A DNA stretch of 64,000 nucleotides from Hormiphora californensis (Eukaryota > Animalia > Ctenophora). Shown piece after piece: positions 35,130-48,100 of this stretch. Position 1 is the stretch's first letter. The number at the start of each line of letters is the position of its first letter. The position numbers and the translations under genes are program-made. Below the pieces are notes generated by a model. It ran no database searches and was not told where the DNA came from. It saw nothing but the letters and a program-made list of their open reading frames with translations. The stretch lies in NCBI GenBank assembly GCA_020137815.1, contig CM035352.1, forward strand, positions 1,240,001 through 1,304,000, given 5' to 3'.

Positions 35130-37696
35130 TAGAGAAATGCTGCAGGTCCTGCAGCTTTCTCTCTTTTAGTCTTTATTAGCCCTCTCCTCTGTCAGGCCAA
35201 TGTTTTGACCACAGTTCTCGCGCGAGACTAGGGTGCAATGCTCTGACATGACAGCCTCTTCTAAAGTGTTACATGATCAGTTCATAATCAGTTCATACCA
35301 TGATCAGTTCATTATTTAGTTTAACGAAGAAGACATGTGGTGTTGTTGTTGTTTTATTTGGCAGGATGCCCAGTTAGTTCTACCGGTGTTATACCCCGTG
35401 TTTCCGTTTGGGTTTTAACGGCTGGTACTACCGTGCAACCCTGTCATTGGTACTACCGTGCCGGATATATCAGTCATCGTTGGCACTATTCCTCACTACA
35501 CGATCCGTTGTACATTTGTTAGTTTTGTGATTGTCCTTCACAACTTTATTACTTATTACTGATTGTTTTTTTTCCCAGGTGTCACTCTTTCCTTTGTCCT
35601 CTCCCCTTGTGGTATATTGCATAGTATGGGGACTGTATATGACATAATGGGAGAAAGAAGGTTTTCTTTGACAATTCATTTTGATTGGTATCTGTTGAGC
35701 GTACCTAATCATTCATGTTTCTACCCTGTACACTACGAAAGTATCCTACCTTGAGGGTCAGAGAGATTCAGAGGGAGAAAGACATCTGAGAAAGAAGGAG
35801 AGGGAGGGAGCTGGAGGAATTTGGCCAAGCAGGGTGTACCTTGACAATTTATTCCAATCGTCCCCTTTCCATATTATTACTTGTCGCCATAATTATGTCG
35901 CGTAGTCTCTATGTCTCTACTCACATCGTCCCCACATCTCTTCTCAGGACCACCCTGATCTTCTGCCGGTTGTCTTATGGTTTGGTCTGTTCGTCATCCT
36001 CTCCCCGTCCCGGACGTGGACTTTTGCGGCTCTGTGCAGGAGGGTCATCTCAGAATCTCATCATTAGTGATACCCTCGAGTCAACAACCTGTTTCATTTT
36101 GACGGGCTGTTCTGCTTGTGAGACATGCATAGATCACATTTTCCCTCTCCCTTCTATGTCTATGCTCTCCCTCTTCTCTCTCTCTCTCGGGTGGGGTATT
36201 GGGGAAGACACTTCTTCCCCTCGTGATGCTCCTTCTTATTGTGGTTCTTCTCTCTCTCTCTTCTCTCGTACGGTCCGACGGATCATTCTCTCTCTCTCTC
36301 TCTCACGCGGTCTTTCCGTCTCATGTCGATTCTGTTTCGTCCTCGTCTCTTTCATCATCTTCCCTTTCTCCTTTTCTTCCTCTCCTCTCCTCTTTCTCGT
36401 CTCTTCTTTGATCATATTTCGTCTTGCCTCTCTCTCTGCTCTCTACTCTCACCACGTCTCTCTTTCTTTTACCTCTTCGTCTTTTCTCTCTCTCTCGTCT
36501 CTCTCTCTCTGTTCTTCTCCCTCTCTCTCTCTCTCCGTCTCTCTTCGGTCCTCTCTCTCTCCTCTCCTCCTCCTTCCTCCTCTCCTCTCTCGTCTCTCGT
36601 CCTCTCTATCTCTCACTTCTTATGGGGATCTCACTTCTCACGTCTCTCTTTGTTTTCTCTCTACCCTGCCTCTCTCTCTTCTCCCGTCTCTCTCTCCCGT
36701 TTCTCCTCTCTTCTCTCTCTCTCTCTTCCATTGTTTTCTTGTCACCAGAGTGGTCACTGGAGTCACGGAGACCCAAATCTATCGCTCGGTTTACTCGTTA
36801 GGAGACAATGAGGCTGTCTGTTGATTGTGCACGTTAGCCTTTAGGTTGTAGATCGTCCTAATAAACACGCAATGCTTGCCTGAGACTGAGAGAGAGAGAG
36901 AGAGAGTAGAGAGAGGATTGCAGGAGAGGAGCGAGAGGAGAGTAGAGAGGAAGAAGGAGAAGAGAGAGAGGATAGAGAGAGAGAGGAGAGAGAGAGTAGA
37001 GAGAGGTAACCAGTTAGAGGAAGAGGGAAAAGGATGAGGACGGTGCGTGGAGATAGAGAACACCGGGTAAAACAGCACCACTCTCCAGAATCTTTATTGA
37101 ATGCAAGATCTTGTTGTGACCTATGATCATCTCTAGTCAGCGGAAAGCCTAAAATGTATTACCTTCATGAGTAGAAGAGATGCACAAATAAGGGAATATT
37201 TTCCAATCGAGAGAGGGGGGGGGGCATATAAGGTAGAGAGGTTCAGGAGGGAGAGAGAGTAGGGGAGGATGTATTATGGTGGTGCTGGTATTGTTTGCGA
37301 TGCAGTTATATTTTGGTATTGTTGGTTCTTACTTGTGGCTGTTTCACCCCCATCTTCCCCCCGCCGTCCCCTGGGTAGTCTTACAAGAGATGAGAGGAGG
37401 GGAGCTGGCCGCTCTTTGAAAAATATGTATGCCTGCTTTTGCTTTAAACCACACAACTACTGCATATTTAAAAGCTCCCCCTGCGAATTCCGCTCCTGTC
37501 TAGTCTCTCTTCCTCTTCGGTGGGGAATTTATATGTTAGAGAATAAGAAACCTCATTTATAATGGGGATATGGGGACTCGGGATCCAGGGAGGGAAGTCT
37601 TGTTACGAGGGAGAAAAGATAAGAGTCGTCGCTCCCTCTCTCTCTCTGACACTCTCTCTCCCTTCTTTTTAGATATTTTCCTGATTCTTTTTTTAG

Positions 37697-38897
37697 CACT
37701 TGTATATTACGATTTCACTGCTGATAAACTCCGATTAGAACGTCAGAAGAGCGATCTTTCCCACAAGCTTCATGCTCTACAGGTAATACCTATAGCAGTG
37801 CAGCTGGGCCTCCTCCAGGTATTCTGGGCGTCCTGGGATTCTGAAAATCTATTTAGTTTGTTTGTGCTAATAATTAATTATTGACCCCCACTTGGCAGAA
37901 CCGGCTAGAGCAATGTGAAAGGGAGAAGGGACAGGTGGCTGAGGAGAGTGGGTACAAGATAAAACAAGCTTTGTCATTACTAGACAATGCTAGACAGGTA
38001 TTGTTAGTCATGGCTCCCTTCTCTTACATTGAATTGTGTCAGGCGACTAGACTCAACTGTAACAATGTTATTAGACAAGGGAGCCATGAAAACCATGTTA
38101 CTGTCACTGTTATTGTTTTCTATTGTTGCAACTTGCACGCATATCGCATCGTGAGTTGTTTATTTTTTCTCTTCCTCTCGACTTTATATGAAATTGACGT
38201 CTTTCCAGTAAAAAGACGGTCCTATTGTTAAACCGGGCCGCAGTTTTAAAGGTCCAGCACAACAATAGATTGCATGTTCGTTCTGATATAATTTGTTCCA
38301 GAAGTTTCTAGATCAAGTGCTCTTATTGCCGAATTTGGACCGTTTAAGATTCTCAAGCTGATCCCTGTGTATGTCACACCAGGATACTGCTTTCCACAAT
38401 TATTTGTCACATAATATCGCTTTTTCTCAGCTCCTTTATATTTTATCTCTCAGCCGCATCTCACCACCCCTTTAATATATTCGCATATATTTAGGAGATT
38501 GACAAGTTAAGATCGGATAATGATCTGCTGAGAGGAGAAGTTACTAAACTCAAAGAAGAGAACGGCAGATTGAGAAGTCAACAAACTCCTCTTACTAATC
38601 AGCCACTTTCTAACGGTCAGCCTCTTCATAACGGGGACGTCCCTGAACGGTGAGTGTCAAATGGGGCAGTCCTTCCTGTTTGTTATAAGTGACCCATTTC
38701 CCCTGGGCTACACCTTCAGCATTGTATATTATATCTCTCTCTTACTATTTTACTCGGCTATCTAACTCAGCTTCTATTCTCTCAGGTCTGAACTAGATCC
38801 CAGCTCTTCAGAGACACTCAGTGCATTACCAGCCGCTGCACCAGCAACAACACCGCCTCCAACACGAAAAACTAGCGCCTTAAAAACTTTCCCCTAA
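37697..38897 (+). CDS. 3' exons of a small coiled-coil protein, possibly GOLM1/CASC4-like type II membrane protein; 5' exons unresolved
   Basis: Four phase-compatible GT-AG exons: LVYYDFTADKLRLERQKSDLSHKLHALQ|NRLEQCEREKGQ..LDNARQ|EIDKLRSDNDLLRGEVTKLKEENGRLRSQ..|SELDPSS..KTFP*. Confidence 0.6.
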
Positions 38898-39559
38898 GAC
38901 CTCAACATGGGGATACGTCTGATGATAAAAGGATGTCAACTGAATATGGGAATTTTCGCTCAGATTATAAAAATTTAAATAGGCTTTCATTTTCCCTTTA
39001 ATTTAAAATCATTGGATTTTCAAAAACAATGTGCATCTTGAGGGTTTCAAAATTTTAGTGTAGCTGCTCAAGGTGTATCTGGGAAAAGGGGGGGAAAAAA
39101 GAGATGCTATAGAAATGTAGTCAGATTTTGTAGCTTGATTTTCAGCCAAACTAGTAGAGAATTAGAGACGAAGGAGAGATATGAAAAAAATAGGAATTGA
39201 GTTTATTGGCATGGCTCAGCTATATTGTACAGGTCATATAGATCTGTAGTGATCAATAATTGATGCAAACCAAATTGTGACACGGATCGTCAGCAGATCT
39301 TGAGAGATGAGGGGGAGAGAGAAGAGGGAGAGATGAGGGAGATAGAGAGAGGGAGATAGAGAGAATTCATGTTTATTTGACCTCCATCCTTTCTCACTTC
39401 CTCAGCCGCCCCATCATGTACGTGATCGGTGATACCATTTTCTATCTTAGTAGGACCAACTCCATTTCTTCCCATTCTTGTCAGTTTGGCCCATCATCAA
39501 GTTTTACGAATTCCTTAAACGCAAATACCTTGTCGTTGCTGCATTAGTTTTCACTCCAA

Positions 39560-40800
39560 TTAAAGGGGTTTTCTTTTTTAAGTTTCCCCCCGTCTTTTTC
39601 ATCCCTCCCTTTTGTAAAGTCATACCAAGCTCCCCGGAGGAGAGAGAGAAAGGGGAAGAGGAAGAGAGAGAGAGAGAGAAGAAGAGGGAGAGAGAGGGAA
39701 GGAGAAAGAGAGAGGAGAAGAGAAAGGAAGGGAAGGGAAAGAGGAGAGAGGAAAGAGGAAAAATGAGAGGAAAAAGAAAAAGGAGGGAGAGAGAGAAGAA
39801 GAGAGGGGGGCCCCCCGGGGTTTTTAAAAAAAAAAAGGGAACTTTTTTTTTTTTTTTGGGGGTTTTAAAAAAATTTTTTAAAAAAATTTTTTTTTTCCCC
39901 CTTTTTTTTCCCCAAAAAAATTTTTTTTAAAAGGAAAAATTTTTTTTTTAAAAAAGGAAAAGAGGGCCCGGGGGAAGAGGGGGAAAAAAAAGGGGGTTTT
40001 TAAAAAAGGGGGTTTTTTGGGGCCCTTTGGGTTGTTTAAAAAAAAAACCAAAGGGACGGGGGGAAAAAGAGGGGGGGGGAAAAAAAAGGGGAGAAAAAAG
40101 GGGAGAAGGGGGGAAAAAGAAAAAAGGGGGGGTTTTCCCCCCCCCCCCCCCCCGGGACGGGAAAAAAAAGGGCCCAACCCCCCAAGGGGAAAAAAACCCC
40201 CCCCCAAAAAAAAATTTTGGGTTCCCAATTTCCCCCCCAAAAAAAAGGGGGGGGGGTTTTGTTTTTTAAAACCCCCCCCCCCCCGGGGGGGGCCCCCCCC
40301 CCAAAAGGAAAAGGGGGAAAAAAAAGGGGGGGAAAAAGAGGGAAAGGAGAGGGAAAAAAAAAGGGGGGGAGAGGGGGGGGGGGGGGGAGAGAGGGGGGGG
40401 GGGAGGGGAAAAAAGGGGGGAGAGAGAGAGGGGGAAAGAAAAGGGGAGAGAGAGAGAGAGAGAGGGGGGGTTTTTGGGGCCCCCCCCTTTTCCCTTCCTT
40501 TTTTCCCCGGGTTCTCTCTATCCTCCCTTTTTTTGGGGTTTTTATAAACCCTTTTTATTTTTTTCCCCCTTTTTTAAAAAAGGGGAAAAAAGGTGAGATA
40601 TGAACCGGAAATGGCTTCCATATTTTCACCCATTTTAGATATTTTTACATTAAAAACCCGGGTTTTTAGAAAAAATAAAATCTAGCTCCCTAAATGGAAA
40701 ACCAGGAATATTTAGGCCTTTTTACTTTTTCACCCGAAAGGGGGCAAGACGTACCCATTTAATTTACAAAAAATTTGGGCCCCTAAATCTACATAAAAAC
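39560..40800. other. Low-quality, homopolymer-expanded sequence (probable consensus artefact)
   Basis: Runs of A/T/G/C dominate and yield K/G/P/F-only ORFs next to GA tracts. Confidence 0.85.
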
Positions 40801-41505
40801 GTACAGAAGGGAAATTATTATAACCGGAATCGATAATATGTTTCATTTATTCAAAATATCCAGTCCTCTGTGACGCATGTTCAATGAACATTGTTCATAC
40901 ATGATAATTGCAAAATCGTGACTTCATTTTCGGCAGAAGCTTGCGTACATATGTCCCGGCTTTTCTAGTCGGGCTATTTTTATTTAATTTTTTCATATAA
41001 TCTCTCCTCTTAGAGGGGCAAGGTGGTAGTGTAATTTTAGCTTGCGACGACGCCACAAACTCTCAGCTTCTTACCGTTTTGTTTCCAATTAATTTCGGTG
41101 TCAGTTTTAGCAATTCAATCTCTCTGAGATGTCCTAAAATGTGCCGTTTTTTTCTTGATCTCACGACAATATATTGCAAATTAGGATGTCTTTTGTCACT
41201 TCCGGCTGTTTTCTTGATGATATCATAATTATAAACTTCTCGAGCCACTTTTTCTCTCTTTTTTCTCACTATATTCCGTTGTAATATACGCATTTTCTCT
41301 GATCTGACTCTCGTGTGGTTTCAATTAACACTGCAGTTGATATTTCTCTCTCTCTTCCATTCAACTTCTCCCTGTTCTACGTGCCTCTCCGTGCTTGTGG
41401 CCTACTTGACCCTTCACTATCCAGTCATTTTGTGTCTACTGTACATTTCTCTAATCTCTCTCTCTTTCTCTATTTTTTTCTATGTCTCCCTATAATAGGT
41501 CTCTC

Positions 41506-41591
<86 letters not shown>

Positions 41592-42434
41592 CTAGCAGCC
41601 TGTAAACTACATTTAATCATTATAACAGTCGATATATTTTTCAAGCCACCCAGTACATATTATCACTGATGTAATCAGTTTCTCTATTTGAAAAAAAGTT
41701 TTTAATTTATTAGTATTATCCGTGGTTTCCTTGTTAATACTATTTTTATTTCCTTTTTTGTTCATGGATTTGTATTTTGAGTTCCCGATTATTTAGTAAA
41801 CTGTTTCAAAGGCTCAGTGTTATCACATTTTAGTACAGCCCCTGATATTCCTTGATAATGGCGGATGGTAATTAAGTGTGTAAAGCATGATATGTGAGCC
41901 CTGGGTTTTCAAGCACGATAAATGCCAATTGCGATGTTTGGTTTAGGATTTTACAGCATGCAATCAGTCCAATCACAGATATAGCTGCAATAGTGGAGAG
42001 GCCTGAGGCATGGGCCATGACCTCCCCTCTTCCATTTTCTGCCCATTATATCAGGATATGTCCCATAGAATATCTCGTTAGCCGAACTTTTCTATCCAGC
42101 TTCCTGATATTGCCAATTACATTATCATATCCACAGCATATAGAAGCTAACCGAGTCTATTACACACCTCTCCGCTTGTAATGCTGTTAGTAGCATTCTG
42201 GTTTGTTCTGGCTGTGTTCCGTTGAGCCGTCGTATAACTTAGTGTGAGTTTAGATGTCCTTATTATAGCTCTGAAGGGAATCAGAAAGTAACGGAAAAGT
42301 ATAAAAAATAGTTAACATATTATGACACATATGTTGCTAAAACCGTGTGTATTCAGAGTGCCCAACAATAATCTAACACCATGCTGCATCACACATTGTT
42401 TAATTCATTGTTTAATTCCTGTTCAACATTGCAG

Positions 42435-44730
42435 TACAGTTACGGAGGAGGAATCAGGACCAAGAAGAGAAGCCTATGAGTATGGCGGAGAGGATGAGTA
42501 TGTTTGAAGGTGCCAAGTCGAATGGAGGTGGTGGTGGAGGTGGTGATGGGGCCAGGAAATCGTGGAGATCAGCCGCACCACCCATGGTAATTTGTGATTA
42601 TTGATGTTGTACGTTTCTTGAGGACCTGGGTTTAGAAGTTCAGGCAAGAGTTTCAAAATCCGAGGCAGTTATATACCCTGATTAGTAGGGAGTTGATTTG
42701 TTGCCCTAGATTCTCAATTCTGTAATCTGTTTACTGTTTAGAAAACTGCAAACATGCGTACCAGTTTTGTGTGTGTGTGTGCTAATATAAAGAGATAGAG
42801 CTGTCAGCATACAATTAACAGTTCCAATTCTGAGTCAAAAATCCGGCCCTTGAGTGCAGCACACACAGAAGATACTGAATTTTAGTGTAAATTCCTCCTT
42901 TGTAGAGAGGGAGAGAGAGAGAGAGAAAATTTTAAATTCGTCTGTACCAAGAGTTGCCTTGAGTAGGGAGAAGTGCGAAACTAGACAAGTTAAAATGTTC
43001 ATGTCGTCCAACAGCTCACACTTCTCTAGGTAAAACTAAGCAACGATGATGAGGGTGACAAGAACGAAGGGGAGAAGCAATCCTTCAGGAAAACTGTTCC
43101 ACCCAACATGTATTCTCAACAGCAGATCTCGTCAGCCGGGGCTCCCACTACAAACGGCAATAAGAGCACCTACAGCGGTATTTCCAAACTGAAGACTGCT
43201 GTTAGTGGAATGACAGCTGCTATGGAAACGGAGCGATCACATCGAGGACTGTAAGTACCCTTTTTAGATATCAGATCTTTTGTTAGACAACCAAATTTCT
43301 ATTTATTATGGGGGATATTGTACTCTGAGAGGTCTAGGTGATCAGTTATATTTCCATCGCCTGGCGGTTCCATCGCTCCGTGCCATATGTTACGAGCCCT
43401 ATTAGGTCATATGAAACTGGTGTAGAACATAGGCCACACACATATAATTATAGAGAGATAGGTACCAGTGTCATTATGTGCGGTTATGTTAAATTCCGCT
43501 GTTTCTGCCAAGTATAGCAGTATTTACCAGTATAGTACCGCGAGAGAGAGACTGAGGGGTGAGGAAGAGAGAGATAAAGAGTGAGAGAGACTGAGAAACG
43601 AAGAGAGAGAGAATCTATCCATTAAAAAGAGACGCATTGATGCTATTCTTGGAAAGACAGACAAAGTTAATTGACATATTTACTGGTATAAATTCAGTCA
43701 TTTTCTAAAAAATTGAAACATGGTACATAATATGTGGAAAGACGTTGCCTTGTTCGACTCTATCTCACCGCACCCCGGTTAGAAGGGTTAGAACATAGAA
43801 CCAGAACTGAGAACCACACCTCTCTTTCCTAGCATTGACCCGGGCCAGTGGACCCTCTCTGTGCTGGACATGCCAGGCAATGACATTGGTCAGCTAGCGG
43901 ATACTCTCCGGCCCTTACCCAGACCCCACTCACGACCACCCAAAACAGACACAATACACCTCCCATCACGGCCTGACTCAAGGTGCCATTCCCGCTCTGA
44001 TTCACGGTGTCAGTCCCGCTCTGATTCACGGTGTCAGTCTAGAGGTGCAGATTTGTTGCATCCCCCATCCAGGGAAACACGACCACCATCACCCTACGAA
44101 ACATATCACTCCACGTCTGGTCCAACCCGGGTGATACCACCACGAACGATAACACCACTGAGCACCAGCCGACTCACCTACAGCCCCTCCTCACCTCCCC
44201 TGGGGGATCTAATCTACATCCCCAGCAGGACACCATCACCTCAACACCGTGTAGCAGATCAATCACCCTGCCCCTCCCCTTGGCCCAATGAAGAGAGGTC
44301 CCAGGAGCTCGGGAAACCATCATCCTATCTCTTTGCAAACACTCCCACCCCTGATATATTCGAGATACCGCCCACACCAGAGAAAACTCCCTCTCCCACG
44401 ATTTACAGGAAGACTCGACCACCGGGACGAAGATCTCCTGCGAAGTACCGGCTGTTGGCAGATCGGTCCCCTCTTCAGGATATGACATACCAGGGTAACC
44501 ATGGTAACCAAGGCAACCATGGCAACCAGGATAACCATGGTAACCATGGTAACCATCAGACTGGTATAAAGAGGGCCGGAGAGGACGTTAGAGAAGAGTG
44601 GATGCCCCGGCAGGTACCGACCCCTTGTGCGGATGAGCAATGGACTGAGTTTGATAGTGATGGTGAGGGTTTCAGGACAGCAATGACCACTCCTGAAGAG
44701 GGTGCTTGGTGGGGTCCGGGATCCTTGTAG
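42435..44730 (+). CDS. Low-complexity Pro/Ser-rich coding exons (42435-42586, 43030-43250, 43833-~44700); probably upstream exons of the smoothelin-like gene, or a separate gene
   Basis: Phase-compatible joins ..PMSMAERMSMFEGAKS..APPM|VKLSNDDEGDK..HRGL|IDPGQWTLSVLDMPGND..; the join to 45170 is not resolved. Confidence 0.6.
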
Positions 44731-45000
44731 AGGGTGCTTGGTGGGGCCTGGGATCCTTGTAGAGGGTGCCTGGCAACAATATGTATTTATTCAGTCACAC
44801 ATACAGTCTTACATTCACACAAACTCACACAGCTACACACACTCACACACTCACACAAACTCACACACAAACTCATGGACATGCAGTGCTATTTAGACAT
44901 GATATATCTTTGGTAGTCGGTTTAAGCAATTCCATAGTAACCGAGCTAGTACTGTACAAAGAGAGCTGAACGTTCAGCCTTTAATGATGTAATTATAGCT

Positions 45001-45093
<93 letters not shown>

Positions 45094-45169
45094 TTGCTTT
45101 ATTGTACCCCCTTTACATCGCACTTCCTTGTTTCTCTGTCCTAGTCCTCCTCGTATAAGTATAGTGTAG

Positions 45170-48100
45170 ATGGATTGGCAAGGATTGCTCTGCCTTGTTC
45201 TTGCAGCATTGATTACCATCATGACCTTTGCCGAAAGGTATTGGAACGCCAGACGACGGGGCGGTGGAGGTGGAGGTGATAAGATAGACGAGTTATTGGT
45301 GCAGAATTTGGAGACATTTGACCAGACATCCCGTCACAACTCACAACAACACACAACCACTAATCATGATCAAGTAATGAGAGATGAGTTCGCTGTGGAA
45401 TCTGAGAGGATATTGGACAATGTGGGTAGAATGTTCGATCAACAACTCAAACAATCAGAGGATTTATTTGCTGCTCGATCGAAAGATATTTGTACTGCAC
45501 TTGATAGGATTGATTCTCTCAACATTAAAGATGAAAACAAGGAGTTTTTAGCGCAGGAGATTGTCAATCGTGATCACTATGAGAACCCTCTGGAGCCCAA
45601 AAAGTATTCGTGTCAGCCGAATAAGCTGGATATAAACACTGAAAAACACTCGGCACTCAGGGGTCTAATGAAGAAACGGCACGAGTTTTCTAAAGCAACG
45701 CCAGCCATTACGAACCAAAGCGAACACAGACCAACTCGATTCTTCCCGAAAAAGAACATCCCTCCCCGGGATGTTGTGAAGGGTGAGACTGTTGACCGTT
45801 ACGCCACCTTTAAACGGGGTTCTATGTCTCCCCAGGAGAAGATAATGGCTAATATTAGGAACCTCAGGGAGGGTGGGGGGTGATAGGGGTGATGAGGACA
45901 ACACCTTGGTCCTTCCCTCCCAAGCTAAACTAGCCATGTATGCCCCAGAGGAGAGGGAGGAGCCACTAAATCGTCCCCGGGGCATCTTCACCCCGAAACT
46001 CCTCCGCAACCCTGTTAAGGAGGCACCGAGGCCCATGTTGCTACAGGAAAACAGCAAACCAGCTCCTTTCACCTACATGAACCCTGGGGCACCATTAGCA
46101 GAACTGGGGGATATCAAGGCTCACAAAAAGCTGGCTAGTATCTCCGAGAAAACGGCCCAAAAAGAACCAAAGATGCAGAGAGGCTCAGTGAAGGACTTGG
46201 CAGCACTGTTTAGTAACAGCGCTAGTAGTTCCCCGAGTGAGGGTGACAGAGTGAGGTATGAGGCTGTGAGGCACACCCTGGATCTCAACAGATCGGATCT
46301 GACCTGCACAACCCGGTATACAGACAACACTGACAGGGATATAGACACCTCTATTATGGATGATACCGCTGATGGGGATATGTTAAATGGAGGGTTCCGA
46401 TCCCCACCTCCACCCTCCACCCTTCTCAGCCACCACCACACTGTAATTCACAGCGAGGATGAAGAAGAGGAATGTGATTCTTCTAGTGCTAGTCTTTCCC
46501 GGGCTGTATCCCCAGTCAGAAAGACTAGCAGAATGAAATTGTACAAGTCCAGCAAACGTAGTGCTGGGAAACCTTTTAACAGTAGACCTAGTGAGTATCT
46601 GGCGCAGCAGCAAGAGGAGGAGGAGGAATCAGAGGCTATGACAGGAGCTTACAGGAAAGATCAGGGCTCAACACCAAGAAAAGAAGATATATCCCCTGTA
46701 CGGAGAGATATATCGCCTGTTAGGAGAGTCCTATCACCTGTTAAACAAACTAGAGATTCCTGGCAACCTAGGAACCAGGATAATTCACCAGGTAGAGAAG
46801 ATTGTTCATTACCTAGAACCCAACAAAGAAAGGATGTGTCACCGGTGAGAACAGTACTACGAGATAGATCTCCCTTGAAAAACCAGACAAGACAGATCTC
46901 TCCCCCTCGACAGCAGCACCGCTCATCACTAGGCAACAAGGAACTCTCGTCACTAGGCAACAAGGAACTCTCGTCACTAGGCAACAAGGAACTCTCGTCA
47001 CTAGGCAACAAGGAACTCTCGTCACTAGGCAACAAGGAACTCTCGTCACTAGGCAACAAGGAACTCTCATCACTAGGCAACAAGGAACTCTCGTCACTAG
47101 GCAACAAGGAACTCTCATCACCACCCCGGTATTTGAAGGATCAGGGTGAGCCTAATCTCAGCTCTCCACCCCGTTATAAGGGGACCCAGAACTCTCATCC
47201 ACGGTACGGTGACTCAGAGATCAAGGATGATATATCTCAGGATCAGGAACTCAGGGCAAGTTCCAGTACGTCTCTCAAAGAGAATGACAACTCTCAGCTA
47301 CCTCTCAGTATTACCGAGTATCAGAAACTGTTTACAGAGAAACAGAAACAGAAACAGGGACAGGATAAACCGGTTGTTCGGAGGTTTGGTACGGCTCGGT
47401 CACAGTTTCACACCTCCACCACCACACCATCATCCAATGACACCTCGGGGTCTGGTCAAATGTACATCCCTGGCGAATAGAGGGTGAGCAGCTATTATAC
47501 TGCTACACTGCTACACTGCTACACTGCTACACTGCTATATGATGATTACTGATACTATGAAATGGCATAAAAGGCTCAGTGTACATTACAGCTCAGCTAC
47601 TGCTACTTATTTAGCTACCCGCCTTATTTCAGTTACACAGCTCATTTTCTACAAAACTATAATTGGCTACAGCTTTCTCTCCTTGAACTTCAACATTTCT
47701 TCACGTAGCCCATAATACACCCATATAACTAACTATATTACCTCTATTTCTAATCTATATCCCCTCATTTCAGGGCCCCAAAACCGCCTGGTGGTGGCGC
47801 CTTTGTAGGGTTGGTCAACCAGATAGCCCCCAAGAACCCAGTGGGAAGGGCCAAGTCTGCACCCGCTAAAAATAGTGCTGCCTCCAAGAAAGCCGCCCTA
47901 CTTCACTGGTGCCAGCGTATGGTCAGCGATAAAGAGGTAACTGTTATTGAGCATTAGACTCTTCGAATGATACATCTTGGTCTATAATATTATGGGCCTG
48001 CTTATAAATATTTTCTGTATCTGTTGTCGCTGAGGGAGGTGGACACTGGGAGGTGGACACTGGGAGGTGTGCTGAGAAGTGAGTTGGGAGGGTCTGACTA

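Noticed and set aside
39478-40603. K/G/P/F-rich ORFs
   Set aside because: Homopolymer-expanded low-quality sequence.
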